Below, in pieces: positions 16,942 to 27,550 of a DNA stretch of 64,000 nt. The first letter of the stretch is position 1. Each line of letters opens with the position of its first letter. Source of the stretch: an uncultured archaeon (GTDB taxonomy: Archaea; Asgardarchaeota; Lokiarchaeia; Sigyniarchaeales; Promethearchaeaceae). The stretch spans positions 2,652-66,651 of the forward strand of contig CAYRPF010000006.1 in NCBI GenBank assembly GCA_964426185.1, in the 5' to 3' direction. The notes under the pieces are model-generated. The model was given only the letters and a program-made list of their open reading frames with translations, ran no database searches and was not told where the DNA came from. Made by a program: the position numbers and the translations under genes.

Positions 16942-19686
16942 ATGAGCAATTCTTCCAAAATTCTTCTTCCTTATATACTCAAACCAGAAGGAAAGATAGA
17001 ACCACTTGATATAGAAGATATTCCTTCAAAATTAATTTCTGTTAATATTTTGTATTTTTATCACTATGAAAAGAAAAGATTATATATTTGGATTGGTAAA
17101 AATGCAGGAAAGAAATTAAAGCAGACAATACCTACTGCAGAAGAAATAATTTTAAAAAAAAATCCAGATATCACAATTATTCGCCATTTTACGGTAGATG
17201 AAGGAAGCGAAACACATGATTTTTGGCAAGATACCGCTCTTAATCCCGAAAATATTAGAAAAATTCAGCAAAAATGGTCTGAATTCCGATTAGATCAATA
17301 TGCTTTGTTAGATAAACTTCGAATCAATATGACATCTGCTAAAAATACTGGTGATTTTGAAAACGCAATAAATTATATTGAACAAATACTTAAAGTTGCA
17401 GAAGAAATTTATGATTGGGATTTGATCGATGAATTCACACAATTACGTGATCAAATCCTTCGAGTAAAAGATTTGAGATCTCGAAAAGATGAAATCAAGC
17501 GCGAAATTCCCCATAAAATTGCCAAGCTTGATAAATTAATGGCAGAAAATGAGGTTATAAAAGCCCATGATTTAGCCGTTGAAATTCAAGAATATTACTC
17601 AATTTTATTTAATGAACCCATTCCCCGTAAATTTCAAAGATCATTAGACTCAGAAAAAATGTTGTACGATGAATATATTAGAATAAAGAAAGATATTAAT
17701 GATTTACAAGAGCGGTTTAATGAGTTCTTACCGGAAAGAAATTTAAGAACTCTCTATCGCATTGGTAAAAAACTCGTCCAATTAAATGAAAAATTTGACG
17801 ATATTACGATTGATCAGTCAATGATGGAACAAATTTCCTTAATTGAGGCACAATACAAAGAATGGGAAAAATCAGAAAGAGAATATAGAAATAATATAAC
17901 CACCTTAACATCAGCATACCAACGAGCAAAAAGTAACTATGAATTTGATGAGGCTCAGCAACATTTGGAGAAAATAATAGAATTAATTCAAACTTCAGAT
18001 CATAAAAGTGAATTAGAACAATGGGAAACTGAAATATCGAATTTGAAAGAATTAAAAAAACAATGGGAGCTGCAAAAAGAAGAAGCTAAAAAGAAAAAGT
18101 TAGAAAATCGTGATAAAATTAAGCAAATGCAAGCAGAAATTGAACAACAATTACATAATAGAAATTTCCCAGAAACCTTTGCTTCCGTGGAAAAACTCTA
18201 TCTTTTTGCCTCACAAACTCATGACGAAGAAATTGAAAAAGAAATTGCCAATTATCGGAAAGAAATTAATGAAAAAATAACAAACTTAAAGTTGTTAGAT
18301 ATATTATTGAAAAAAATTTCAGAATGGGAAGAATCTTTCCCTGAATTGAAAAAAACCAAGCAGTATGATACAATTTTAAGCGATCTCAATATATTCCTTT
18401 CTGATGAAGCCATAAATTATTCACTCGAACATAAAGCCAGATTATCAGAAATCAAATCGTCCATCGAAGAATTGAAGGAAAAATACTCGAAGAATGTAGC
18501 GCTCTATAATCGCTTATCTACAGAAATCAAAGAGAATGAAAATAAAGAGCAATGGATGGCTTTAACCCGTAATGCTAAACGCATTCAAGAAATCCTTCCT
18601 GAAATTGATAAGGAAAATGAGCACATAAAGTTTCAAGAAATAGAAAATTTAGCCAATCAAAAAATTAAGGAGAAAGAGAAGAAGAAAGAAGAAGAATTGG
18701 CTCAATTATTAAATAAAGCGAAAGAAATCGAAAATATCATCCAGAGTGAAAAAAAAATACTCCCATTGGTGGAGGATTTATCATTAGAAGACATCTTACC
18801 GAATTTATCTACCGATGTCAACGAAATGCTTACTCAAATTGAAAGCGTATTAGATAAGCAGCGCGTTGAGGTTAAGGATGATATGGAAAGTTCAATGCTG
18901 TTAACCAGTGCCTCGGGCGAAACTATGGAGATCACTGCAAAAATACAAGTTTCAATGGAGTCTGCTTCACTTGATAAGGAAACTTTGGAGATCTCCCCGT
19001 TTACGAAATTTAAGGCAAGTTCTGTGTTGGAAAATCCATTCCACGACGCAATTTCTGAGGTGATTATTGAAGATATTATTCCCTATAACTTTGAAATTTC
19101 TGATATAAACGTGGAGGGGGGCGATAATTTCGAAAAACCCGAAGAACAATTACACAAAGACGGCTTCGTCTTAAAATGGAAATTAAATAACATTCCCGCC
19201 CAAAACTCGGTTAAAATTAATTATGAATTACGTAAAAGAGTCTCACGAACTATTCTAATTCCCTTGGAAACGCAATTAAAGGTAATAAAAACCCATACGA
19301 GTATCAAAGATTATTCTCCAGAAGGTTTGTACGATGTAACCATGTTTTTCAAAAACAAATTTGCAAAGTCAGTCATCGGCGTTGTTATTGAAGATATAAT
19401 TCCAACCTTTTATCATTTCCAAATTAAACTTCCTAAGGATGCACTACCTGCTTCTCAAGTAGAACAACCAATTGGAGCACTTATTAAGTGGAATTATCAC
19501 GAAATTCTTGAAAATAAGGAATTGAAACATCAATATCGTCTGTTAAATTTGGCTCAATTTGAAAATTTAAAGATTTTAGTGGATAAATTGACACGTGAAG
19601 CTTATAATACACTTGAAAGAGGCGATATCGATAAATCTTTGGCAACTTATCAAAAAATTGTCAAAAAATTGCGAAAGTTTACCTAA
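16942..19686 (+). CDS. Large coiled-coil protein with an N-terminal gelsolin/villin-like domain and two C-terminal DUF11-like beta-sandwich repeats
   Basis: The N-terminus LYFYHYEKKRLYIWIGKNAGKKLKQTIPTAEEIIL...IIRHFTVDEGSETHDFWQ matches the gelsolin-repeat pattern (hhhWhG..a....aa.....l..... v.EG.Es..F). A K/E-rich coiled coil of about 550 aa follows. The two C-terminal repeats begin VIIEDIIPYNFEISD... and VVIEDIIPTFYHFQI.... Confidence 0.55.
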   Translation: MSNSSKILLPYILKPEGKIEPLDIEDIPSKLISVNILYFYHYEKKRLYIWIGKNAGKKLKQTIPTAEEIILKKNPDITIIRHFTVDEGSETHDFWQDTALNPENIRKIQQKWSEFRLDQYALLDKLRINMTSAKNTGDFENAINYIEQILKVAEEIYDWDLIDEFTQLRDQILRVKDLRSRKDEIKREIPHKIAKLDKLMAENEVIKAHDLAVEIQEYYSILFNEPIPRKFQRSLDSEKMLYDEYIRIKKDINDLQERFNEFLPERNLRTLYRIGKKLVQLNEKFDDITIDQSMMEQISLIEAQYKEWEKSEREYRNNITTLTSAYQRAKSNYEFDEAQQHLEKIIELIQTSDHKSELEQWETEISNLKELKKQWELQKEEAKKKKLENRDKIKQMQAEIEQQLHNRNFPETFASVEKLYLFASQTHDEEIEKEIANYRKEINEKITNLKLLDILLKKISEWEESFPELKKTKQYDTILSDLNIFLSDEAINYSLEHKARLSEIKSSIEELKEKYSKNVALYNRLSTEIKENENKEQWMALTRNAKRIQEILPEIDKENEHIKFQEIENLANQKIKEKEKKKEEELAQLLNKAKEIENIIQSEKKILPLVEDLSLEDILPNLSTDVNEMLTQIESVLDKQRVEVKDDMESSMLLTSASGETMEITAKIQVSMESASLDKETLEISPFTKFKASSVLENPFHDAISEVIIEDIIPYNFEISDINVEGGDNFEKPEEQLHKDGFVLKWKLNNIPAQNSVKINYELRKRVSRTILIPLETQLKVIKTHTSIKDYSPEGLYDVTMFFKNKFAKSVIGVVIEDIIPTFYHFQIKLPKDALPASQVEQPIGALIKWNYHEILENKELKHQYRLLNLAQFENLKILVDKLTREAYNTLERGDIDKSLATYQKIVKKLRKFT

Positions 19687-19729
19687 GTGTAAATTAAAAG
19701 GAATTGAAATGTCAAACATCACTTAGTAT

Positions 19730-19746
19730 ACTCCTTTTTTTGGAGT
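19730..19746 (+). terminator. Short hairpin with a T7 loop downstream of the 914-aa gene
   Basis: ACTCC-TTTTTTT-GGAGT lies about 45 nt after the stop at 19684-19686. Oligo-T tracts are the usual archaeal termination signal. Confidence 0.3.
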
Positions 19747-19954
19747 GATTATAGTTAATTGGGATGCTTTCAGCGATGTCGATGAAGATAAAAGAACCTT
19801 GTTGAAAATCTACTGGCGATTTTTACAGAATATTCAGAAAACTTGATGAATTTTCAAGGAAATGTCGAAATATTTGATAATTTTAAGAGAATTCTTTTAT
19901 CTATGGATCTCGATATGATATAACTAATCCAAATAATCAAATCTCTAATGTTAA

Positions 19955-20260
19955 TTGAATAATGGGGTAGAAGTTGTGAATCAGAAATCGAACAAGCCAG
20001 AAGAAGAAAAATCTCAAGAAGAATCAACTATATCTGAGAAAAGTCAAAAAAAAAAAAAGAATGTACATCAAAACACCTCAGAAGAAAAAATTCTTAAAAA
20101 ATATGAAAAAGAGCTTAAAGAACAAAAAAAATATCTGGTTTCTATTGAAATAACAATTGTCGTTCAAGAAAAACAACAAGATAGGCTATCCCAAGCAATC
20201 CAGCCAATAATTGACAATTATAAATCATTTTTTAAAGCATATATGTGCAGACTGCCATAA
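19955..20260 (+). CDS. Hypothetical K/E-rich small protein (doubtful)
   Basis: The ORF has only a TTG or GTG start and a low-complexity lysine/glutamate-rich N-terminal half. No motif recognised. Confidence 0.25.
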   Translation: MNNGVEVVNQKSNKPEEEKSQEESTISEKSQKKKKNVHQNTSEEKILKKYEKELKEQKKYLVSIEITIVVQEKQQDRLSQAIQPIIDNYKSFFKAYMCRLP

Positions 20261-20473
20261 ACAGCAAAATGTTCTTCTCTACTGTTTGGAAGATGCAATT
20301 GTGTCGATGATGGTATACATATGGTTTGAAATCAACAAATCCACCATTTGTGCTGAGTGATTGAAAAAAATATTTTTGTCTTTTTTGGATTTTAAAAAAG
20401 TATATTTTGCACTTTTTGTTTTTTTTGAAATTTTGTCATTTCGGAAAAATATGTCTTTTTATTTGTTTCAATT

Positions 20474-21595
20474 TCAATTTAATTTTGTCAAATCGCTTAT
20501 GCTTTGTTGCATTTCTGTCTTTTTGAGAATTGATCGTTGAGAAAAATCACTTTTATTATTTAGAGGCAATGTTATATAAAATGTAGTCCCTTTCCCATAT
20601 TGGGTATGAAAAGCAATATGACCGTCATGTTTACGAATAATATGATAACATGAGACCAGACCTAAGCCATTTCCCCTATTTTTAGTAGTTACATTAAAGT
20701 GAAAAAGTTTATTTTGGACTTCTGGGGGAATTCCAGGCCCATTATCTTGTATTGAGACGCATACCATGGGGAATTTCAATTTTAATCTCTTTTGATGTTG
20801 GTTATTTGCCCAGATAAGCCTTTCTTTTTGGTATTTACCATAAAAATTCTCCTGATTTTTAAAAAGTTCCATTTTCACAGAAATTCGGCCCCGATTATTC
20901 ATTGCTTGCTTTGCATTTAGAACTAAATTTTGAATTACTTGCGAAAATTGATTTGGATCTACATCGAGCGGGGGGATATTAAAAGGTATTTCAAAATTAG
21001 CGGCTACGCTTGATCCTGCCAAAATAAACTTGGTAGAATCTTTAACAATCTCCTCCAACGATGCATTCTTTTTAATAGGTTGTCCTCCTTTTCCGAAACT
21101 TAAAAGTTGTTCTGTAAGTCCCGTGGCGCGTTGAGTTGCTTTTAATGCGATATCTAAGTTTTCTTGTAAATTTTGGAATATGTTATAATCAGGATTTTCT
21201 TGAATATCGATTAATGAAATAGACAGAATTCCAGTTAGTGTAGTTAAAATATTATTGAAATCATGAGCAATTCCTTTAATTACTTGGTCACGTTCGTTTT
21301 GATTTAAATCTAATGATTTATTATTCACAGAAGAAGGAATTTCTTCCCTTTTATGTGCTCCAAAAAAGAGTAGAAATCCTAAATTAATAAGAACAAACAA
21401 GATTCCTAATATCAAAACAATTATTTCTAGAGTTTTTAAGTTATTTCTTTGTAAAAATGAAGCGAAAAATAGTATTATGGATAGTCCAACCGCCGAATTA
21501 GTGAGAAGTAAAATCTTGCTTTTAATATCTTGGCGGTTAGACACATGGTTAATGAAGTGAGACATATTTGTATTATCCATTTTAAACATTGCCAT
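20474..21595 (-). CDS. Membrane-anchored sensor histidine kinase (HisKA + HATPase_c)
   Basis: Two N-terminal TM helices; H-box IAHDFNNILTTLTG; N-box QVIQNLVLNAKQAM; G boxes DNGPGIP and GNGLGLVSCYHIIRKHDGHI. Confidence 0.85.
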   Translation of the reverse strand: MAMFKMDNTNMSHFINHVSNRQDIKSKILLLTNSAVGLSIILFFASFLQRNNLKTLEIIVLILGILFVLINLGFLLFFGAHKREEIPSSVNNKSLDLNQNERDQVIKGIAHDFNNILTTLTGILSISLIDIQENPDYNIFQNLQENLDIALKATQRATGLTEQLLSFGKGGQPIKKNASLEEIVKDSTKFILAGSSVAANFEIPFNIPPLDVDPNQFSQVIQNLVLNAKQAMNNRGRISVKMELFKNQENFYGKYQKERLIWANNQHQKRLKLKFPMVCVSIQDNGPGIPPEVQNKLFHFNVTTKNRGNGLGLVSCYHIIRKHDGHIAFHTQYGKGTTFYITLPLNNKSDFSQRSILKKTEMQQSISDLTKLN

Positions 21596-22064
21596 TGCTG
21601 ATTAGCCTTTCATTTCAATTGAATCAATATCAAGATTTACAAAAACGAAGGGAGATTTTAGACAGAAATATTGACACTCTTCTCAAATCAATTTTCCAAT
21701 AATTTTTTTCCCCAAAACGTTTATTGTCGAAGTATTTATAGTTATAATCATATAAAAAAATTTGTAAATTCGATTATAATAAAAAGGATTCTGAATAAAA
21801 CATCAAAAAAAAATTAGTAAAAAATATAAAAATACAAAATGAAATCAAATAATATATAAAATTTGAGAATATAACAAAAAAAAACTATATTATAACTTAT
21901 ATTATTCTAAAAAAAATATTGGAAATTTGGGATATAATTAATTCAATGCTGATTTTATCATAATTGTAAGTTGAAAAAGAATCAGACATACTATATAAAG
22001 CTTTGAATTTTTTCGCAACTTTTTTATACTTCATCTTTCTCAAGTAACTTGAGGGAAACCTCTT

Positions 22065-22298
22065 ATGAATGGGCAAACAGTAAAAAAATTGGCATGGGTA
22101 TTTTTCTCAATCGTCTTAGTCGGTGTTATCGTTGGATTTGTAATTACCGCAATTGATTCCTCATTTTTCTCTCAAGTCCTAAGAAATCTTGACCCAAATG
22201 GAAATCTGAGCGATGTATGGATGCGAATTAATTCCTTCTTCTCCAATTTCTCTTTTTTAGAAAAAGAAACTGGTGGTGGAGGCGGAACTCCGGGTTAA
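22065..22298 (+). CDS. Small single-pass membrane protein, hypothetical
   Basis: One clear TM helix (WVFFSIVLVGVIVGFVITAI) and a Gly-rich C-terminus. No homology recognised. Confidence 0.35.
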   Translation: MNGQTVKKLAWVFFSIVLVGVIVGFVITAIDSSFFSQVLRNLDPNGNLSDVWMRINSFFSNFSFLEKETGGGGGTPG

Positions 22299-22406
22299 TT
22301 ACATTTTTTATTTGTTCTACCAGCATCTTCTGCAAGATCGTTCTTAAAATGCATTGATAATGCTTATTACACCTAAAATCTTTTTTTTTATAAGTAGCTC
22401 AGAGGG

Positions 22407-23534
22407 ATGAAAATTAACTCAAAAATTTCAATTGATAATATAACATTTAAAGAAATACAAATTCTTCTTACATTACATCAGCATCCTTTCGGTACTTTTG
22501 AAGAATTGGCTGAAATAACTCACATTCCAAAAACTACCGTCTATGAAATTATTCAGAAAATTAAACCAGTTTTTTGGGTTGCGGCTATTCCCAATTTAGC
22601 TAATTTGGGCCTTACTACCTATGATGTTTTTTCAGAAGTAAATTCTCTAGTAAATTTAACATTTTTAGAAAAGATCGGTCAAAAACATCCCTATCTCTAC
22701 TACTATGCTAGGATATATGGCAAAATTACAGGTATCTATTTTCAATTTCGCGCACCACTCGAATTAGGAAAAAATCTAGAATTATTGTTCCGCGAATTGA
22801 AATCACAAAATAAAATAAAAAATTTCACTATGCTCCATTTTCCTCATCAATTCTTGATTACTCCATTTAACTTGACTCTTTGGAATCCCGAAAATTTCAC
22901 TTGGAAATTTAATTGGAAAAATTGGTTTCAAATTGCTGAATTTCATAAAGATCCTCAAAAAGAATATCAAAAACAACCTTCTTTTCCAGCATACGATGTG
23001 AAATCATGGATTCAAAGGAGAGATATTGCTTTATTAAATAAACTCATCACTAATGCACGCTGTCCTAATACAAAACTGCGTGAAGAACTTAACAATCAAG
23101 GCTTCCAAATAAGTGATTCGATTATAAGTCGACGTAGGAAGAAATTAGAATTAGAGGCAATTTATGGATATAAAGTCCAAATTGATCCACATTTATTCGA
23201 CGTTGTAAATACGGTTCTGATTTGGGGTTATGGGCCAGAAAAATTTTTAAAATCAATCACAATTCGTCTTGAAAATCATCCCATTCCCTTTTATTCCGTG
23301 TTTAATATTGAAAAGTTTACAATTTATTGGTATTTACATTTGCCAACCCACCAATTATCCGATTTACTTCATATCCTGCAAGAAAATCTTTATGAACTAC
23401 ATTTTATGTATGTTGATTATCCTAAATCCAATGTATTTTCTCTTGATCCTGATGCTTTCGATGAGAAGAAGCATGATTGGAAGAAGAGTTCTGAATTTGT
23501 GATATACGATTTGCTTAAAAAGGTTGAAGATTAA
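22407..23534 (+). CDS. Putative transcription regulator with two winged-helix HTH regions (Lrp/AsnC-like)
   Basis: TFEELAEITHIPKTTVYEIIQKI, plus a second HTH LLNKLITNARCPNTKLREELNNQGFQISDSIISRRRKKLE. Confidence 0.5.
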   Translation: MKINSKISIDNITFKEIQILLTLHQHPFGTFEELAEITHIPKTTVYEIIQKIKPVFWVAAIPNLANLGLTTYDVFSEVNSLVNLTFLEKIGQKHPYLYYYARIYGKITGIYFQFRAPLELGKNLELLFRELKSQNKIKNFTMLHFPHQFLITPFNLTLWNPENFTWKFNWKNWFQIAEFHKDPQKEYQKQPSFPAYDVKSWIQRRDIALLNKLITNARCPNTKLREELNNQGFQISDSIISRRRKKLELEAIYGYKVQIDPHLFDVVNTVLIWGYGPEKFLKSITIRLENHPIPFYSVFNIEKFTIYWYLHLPTHQLSDLLHILQENLYELHFMYVDYPKSNVFSLDPDAFDEKKHDWKKSSEFVIYDLLKKVED

Positions 23535-23682
23535 TAAGGATAATGAAGAATTCTTGTTAGAATAGCGAAGTTCGGAAATGAATGAACTTCGAAAGTGATA
23601 TTTTATAATATAGTCAAAATTCTTTTTCTTGTAAATTATCTTTTCTAGTATTTTTCTGTAAAAAAAATTTTGGCTAATATCT

Positions 23683-25113
23683 ATGACAAAAATTCTTTCA
23701 CCTCTTCCAGAAAATGATATATACCGGGAAATTTCTTCCCAACAAATTTCAGTTTCTGATGTTCCATTAGATCAAAAAGAACATGTAACTCGAAAAAAGA
23801 AGAAATCTTCACAAGAATTCTACCAATATGCTACTAAAGATTTTGATCAGATGAACAATATCGTTTTTTGGAATAGTCTAGGTTTTTTCCTTTTCACATT
23901 TTTGCTTCGGTTTGCCACTAATAAATTGCTAAATGCCTCTGGAACGGAAACAGGATTGGTATTTGCGGCCCAAACTTTTGGGGGGTTATTAATGACACCT
24001 CTGGTGGGATATTTAACCGATCGCATGTCAAAGAAGAAATTGGTATTATTTGGCGCTGTTGGAAGGGGATTCTCGTATATTCTTCTTTATTTCGGATTAG
24101 GAATGAATAACTTGGTATTTTTCGGTGTGGGAACGTTTTTTTTGGGGGTTGCAGTGGTTTATTTTTGGACCCCGCTTAACGCCCTGATTTCACAAAAAAC
24201 CTATAAAACGGTTCGTTCCACAGCTTTTGGTAAACAAGCTGGTATGATAGGTTGGGGAAATCTACTTGGCGCACTTTTCACACTTTTATATTATTATCTC
24301 ATGAATTCTTGTTTTCCAAATAATCCATGGATTCTTTTCCTACCTTTGATCCTATTTTGCGGATTCAATGTATTTGCAGGAATCCGATTCTATTTGCACG
24401 TAGATGAATCTATATATTTTAACGATGAATTAGTTGAGAAATCTAATCTTCTACAACAGACTTATAATGAAAAAGATACTGAAATTGAAAATTTTGTTCC
24501 AGAAATAAAAAATAAACGCACTTTTTATTTGGGTATGGGAGCTCTTCTCATTGCATTCATGATATCCGCCATTAATCAATCTATTGCTTCTCCCTTCCTT
24601 CAGATCTATATCACAGATACATTTTTCCCAATGCAAGATACCTATGAGGTCGGGATTAGTATTATGCTCATATATCTTCCCTCCGAAGTACTCTCTCAGT
24701 TATTTGCTCCGAAAATGGGGGAATTAGGAGATAAAATTAATCCTCAATTGGGGATTACTGTGATCTGTGGTCTTGGAAGTTTAATTACATGGCTGCTAAT
24801 AAATCTTCATTCAATTATATGGTTTGTGCTCATTCTTCTGATTGATACATCTTTAGCATGGGCAAATGGGTTAGTTTTGGCTAACTTGATGAGTAGAATT
24901 TCCAAAAATAATCGAGGAAAGATTTTTTCGGCGCGTCAGTGGGTATCTCTTCTAGGTGCTGCTATAGGTCCGATTTTGGGAGGATTGGCATGGGAATATT
25001 TAAATCATTATGCGCCATTCAGAATCTCTATTTTTGTAGAGCTGGCATTAATCCCCCTCTATTGGATGGCGATAAAATGGTTGAATCCCTTTATGGAAGA
25101 AAAACTTGATTAA
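23683..25113 (+). CDS. MFS transporter
   Basis: About 12 predicted TM segments and MFS motif A-like GYLTDRMSKKKLVLFG. Confidence 0.85.
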   Translation: MTKILSPLPENDIYREISSQQISVSDVPLDQKEHVTRKKKKSSQEFYQYATKDFDQMNNIVFWNSLGFFLFTFLLRFATNKLLNASGTETGLVFAAQTFGGLLMTPLVGYLTDRMSKKKLVLFGAVGRGFSYILLYFGLGMNNLVFFGVGTFFLGVAVVYFWTPLNALISQKTYKTVRSTAFGKQAGMIGWGNLLGALFTLLYYYLMNSCFPNNPWILFLPLILFCGFNVFAGIRFYLHVDESIYFNDELVEKSNLLQQTYNEKDTEIENFVPEIKNKRTFYLGMGALLIAFMISAINQSIASPFLQIYITDTFFPMQDTYEVGISIMLIYLPSEVLSQLFAPKMGELGDKINPQLGITVICGLGSLITWLLINLHSIIWFVLILLIDTSLAWANGLVLANLMSRISKNNRGKIFSARQWVSLLGAAIGPILGGLAWEYLNHYAPFRISIFVELALIPLYWMAIKWLNPFMEEKLD

Positions 25114-25127
25114 ATACCTCAATCTCT

Positions 25128-27485
25128 TTATCGTTCGTGTGTGATATCCCATATAATTTTATTTAATTCTGCAAAATCTCCAATAATTTGATCCTTTTTT
25201 ACATTCCATCCTAAAATCTGATAGATTTTGGTCTGCAAATGCCTGGTTTTCAATTCTTTTAGAATGGTTAGGTTATAATAATTCTCTTTTTTCAAACTGG
25301 AGTTATTTCTCTTTAATAATGATTCGATTTCCAAATTTGCAATTGATTTTACTTTCCTTTCCATATTTTGGGAGTGCATTACCAGTTTTTGATGTAATGG
25401 GTTATGCAAATCAAAATCTGGGAGAAAGAAGGTAAATGGGAGTTTATGAATATCGCGGGCGGATTTTTCAATTCTAACGGCTTTAGTGAGATCGGGAGCA
25501 TTTAAAAAGCCCATTACATAGTATGCTTCATCTATGGAACTAAGTTTCAAAAAATAGTTGGTGGTATCTACAATAACATGTGGATCAAGAAGCAGTGCGG
25601 CTTTTACGTAGGATCCACTTCGCTGATACACCACTTTAATTGGACTGAGATGTCGAGGATTGGTTAGATTATTATGGAAATTAATTCTTTCCCATAAAGA
25701 GCGTATTGCTGCACCTGATTTATGATTTTCTTGAAAAATTTGTTCTAATATTTGATAATAATGCCATCCCTTTGAGTTTTTCTCTTGGATTTTTCTGTAT
25801 CTATGGGAATCACCATCAAGTTCAATTGGAATAAAAGCATAATCAAAATGAGTAAAAGCGAAAGGAATCAAGTGCTTACTTTTTAAAATTGGGAAAATAT
25901 ACCTCGATTCCACTAAGATTTTGCCGAAATGATATATATCTGGATATTTTTTCAATTGACTTTCCAAATCAAAATCCCAATTAGCTTTTGATTCTTTATT
26001 TTGAGGAATTATAACCAATTTTCCAGATGATTCAAATTGGGGCAAAATCGAAAGCAACGAGCGAGGAAAAATGTCCGCTCCTCGATGGGAGAGACGATAG
26101 TACGAATTATTTCCATGAGGTAGGAGAGATTGCAGGTTTTTCTTTTCTTCCTTTTTAATCAACTTTTGAACTTGCAATCGACTATTTTGTCTCTTTATTC
26201 TGGAAGGAATCAAAAAATATCGCTCCTTTAAGTGGAAATTCCAGTTATTTCCTTCTTTATGAGCACTAAATTCAAGATTTTCCAGCTCCAGATTATTTAA
26301 TTCACTTTCAGATCGAATCAATCTGGGAGAATATCTAGCAAAAATGCAAATATGGGGAACAGAGAATATATCGAGGTCGAAAGACCAAATAGATATGCCG
26401 TCAAACTCAGGAAATGTTCGTGTTATTGCGTGATTGCTTCCAGTGATAAACGCATTACTTACTACCAAAGCAATAACACCATTTCTAACCAAAAATTCAC
26501 GGCTTTGAAAAAAAAATAAGGCGCTAATTTCAATATTAGGAACTTGATGAGGCTTCGGTTTAAATCCTAACTTAGATGCTAATTTTTTCACCTTTTCCTT
26601 ATATTTCAGATGTTGCATGCTTTTAATGGTAATCCAAGCTGGATTTCCAATAATCAAATCAAATTTGTGAGTTATTTTATCTACAGAGAAATATTTATTT
26701 TCCCAAAAAAGCACACTTTCATGATAAATTTGAATTTTTTGCCAAGGAAAATCGATTTTTGAAAGATGCAAGGCCAAAATGATATTCATTCTCGCCAAAG
26801 CACAAGCAAGTGGGTTAATATCAAATCCAAAAACATTTTTCGCTGCTTTTTTTTTTTCATCCAGTGAATGTTGAGTATTAAAAATTATAATTTTAAGAAT
26901 TTCGATTAGAAAAACTCCAGTACCGCAAGCGGGATCCATAATCTTCTGGCCAAATTCATAAGTCTCTACAACCATTTTCGAAGCTAAGTCCGGTGGAGTG
27001 TAAAACTCACCCAAGTTGTGGCGAACCTTAGGAGATACTAGTTTTTGATAAAACAAATGAAAAAAATCTCCAAAAATTGGATAAGATTTATGGTTTTGCT
27101 CCGTTGAATTTAGTTTCAATTGATCCGAAATAGGCGTGTTGATATGAAAGTCGGAGAAAAATTCGGTAAACCATCCAAAATAAGAGGAACCGCTAAGCTC
27201 AGGAAAAACCCGGTTAAAATCCAACGATGATTCTAGATTACAAAAGATTTCTTTGATTATAATCACGCAATATAGATGCTTGAAAAATAGATCTTCGGTG
27301 AGATTTTGTGCACTATAGAAGATTAGGAAGGATTTATTCCATATTTCATAATTTTCCTCAAATTTTCTTCTAAAATGTGGATCTATTTTTTTCTTTTCGC
27401 TTAACTCATAGAAAAATTGGTTAAATACTTTAGAATCCTGCCCGAAATTTTCATCTAAAAATTTATCGTTGAGAAAAAGTTCCAC
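25128..27485 (-). CDS. N6-adenine DNA methyltransferase, gamma-class (Eco57I/TaqI-like) with a large C-terminal region
   Basis: GEFYTPPDLA (X motif), MDPACGTGVFL (motif I, AdoMet binding), DLIIGNPAW (motif IV, NPPY/W variant). About 450 aa of putative target-recognition region follow. Confidence 0.72.
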   Translation of the reverse strand: MELFLNDKFLDENFGQDSKVFNQFFYELSEKKKIDPHFRRKFEENYEIWNKSFLIFYSAQNLTEDLFFKHLYCVIIIKEIFCNLESSLDFNRVFPELSGSSYFGWFTEFFSDFHINTPISDQLKLNSTEQNHKSYPIFGDFFHLFYQKLVSPKVRHNLGEFYTPPDLASKMVVETYEFGQKIMDPACGTGVFLIEILKIIIFNTQHSLDEKKKAAKNVFGFDINPLACALARMNIILALHLSKIDFPWQKIQIYHESVLFWENKYFSVDKITHKFDLIIGNPAWITIKSMQHLKYKEKVKKLASKLGFKPKPHQVPNIEISALFFFQSREFLVRNGVIALVVSNAFITGSNHAITRTFPEFDGISIWSFDLDIFSVPHICIFARYSPRLIRSESELNNLELENLEFSAHKEGNNWNFHLKERYFLIPSRIKRQNSRLQVQKLIKKEEKKNLQSLLPHGNNSYYRLSHRGADIFPRSLLSILPQFESSGKLVIIPQNKESKANWDFDLESQLKKYPDIYHFGKILVESRYIFPILKSKHLIPFAFTHFDYAFIPIELDGDSHRYRKIQEKNSKGWHYYQILEQIFQENHKSGAAIRSLWERINFHNNLTNPRHLSPIKVVYQRSGSYVKAALLLDPHVIVDTTNYFLKLSSIDEAYYVMGFLNAPDLTKAVRIEKSARDIHKLPFTFFLPDFDLHNPLHQKLVMHSQNMERKVKSIANLEIESLLKRNNSSLKKENYYNLTILKELKTRHLQTKIYQILGWNVKKDQIIGDFAELNKIIWDITHER

Positions 27486-27550
27486 ATCATAATATTTCCA
27501 AGATAGGAAAAAAAAGTAGCGGTTATTGAATTATTCACATTACAAAAAAA

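Noticed and set aside
19745-19923. Two adjacent short protein-like frames (VIIVNWDAFSDVDEDKRTLLKIYWRFLQNIQKT, then MNFQGNVEIFDNFKRILLSMDLDMI) that could be a frameshifted gene remnant
   Set aside because: Each is only about 25-33 codons with no recognisable motif and a weak start. This is insufficient to call a pseudogene without a homolog search. A tblastn/blastx of 19700-19950 would settle it.
21596-22064. About 470-bp extremely AT-rich, A-tract-rich spacer as a candidate replication origin
   Set aside because: I could not find repeated ORB-like boxes or a dyad-symmetric arrangement, and no orc1/cdc6 gene is adjacent. It is more simply the promoter or terminator region of divergent and convergent genes in an AT-rich genome.
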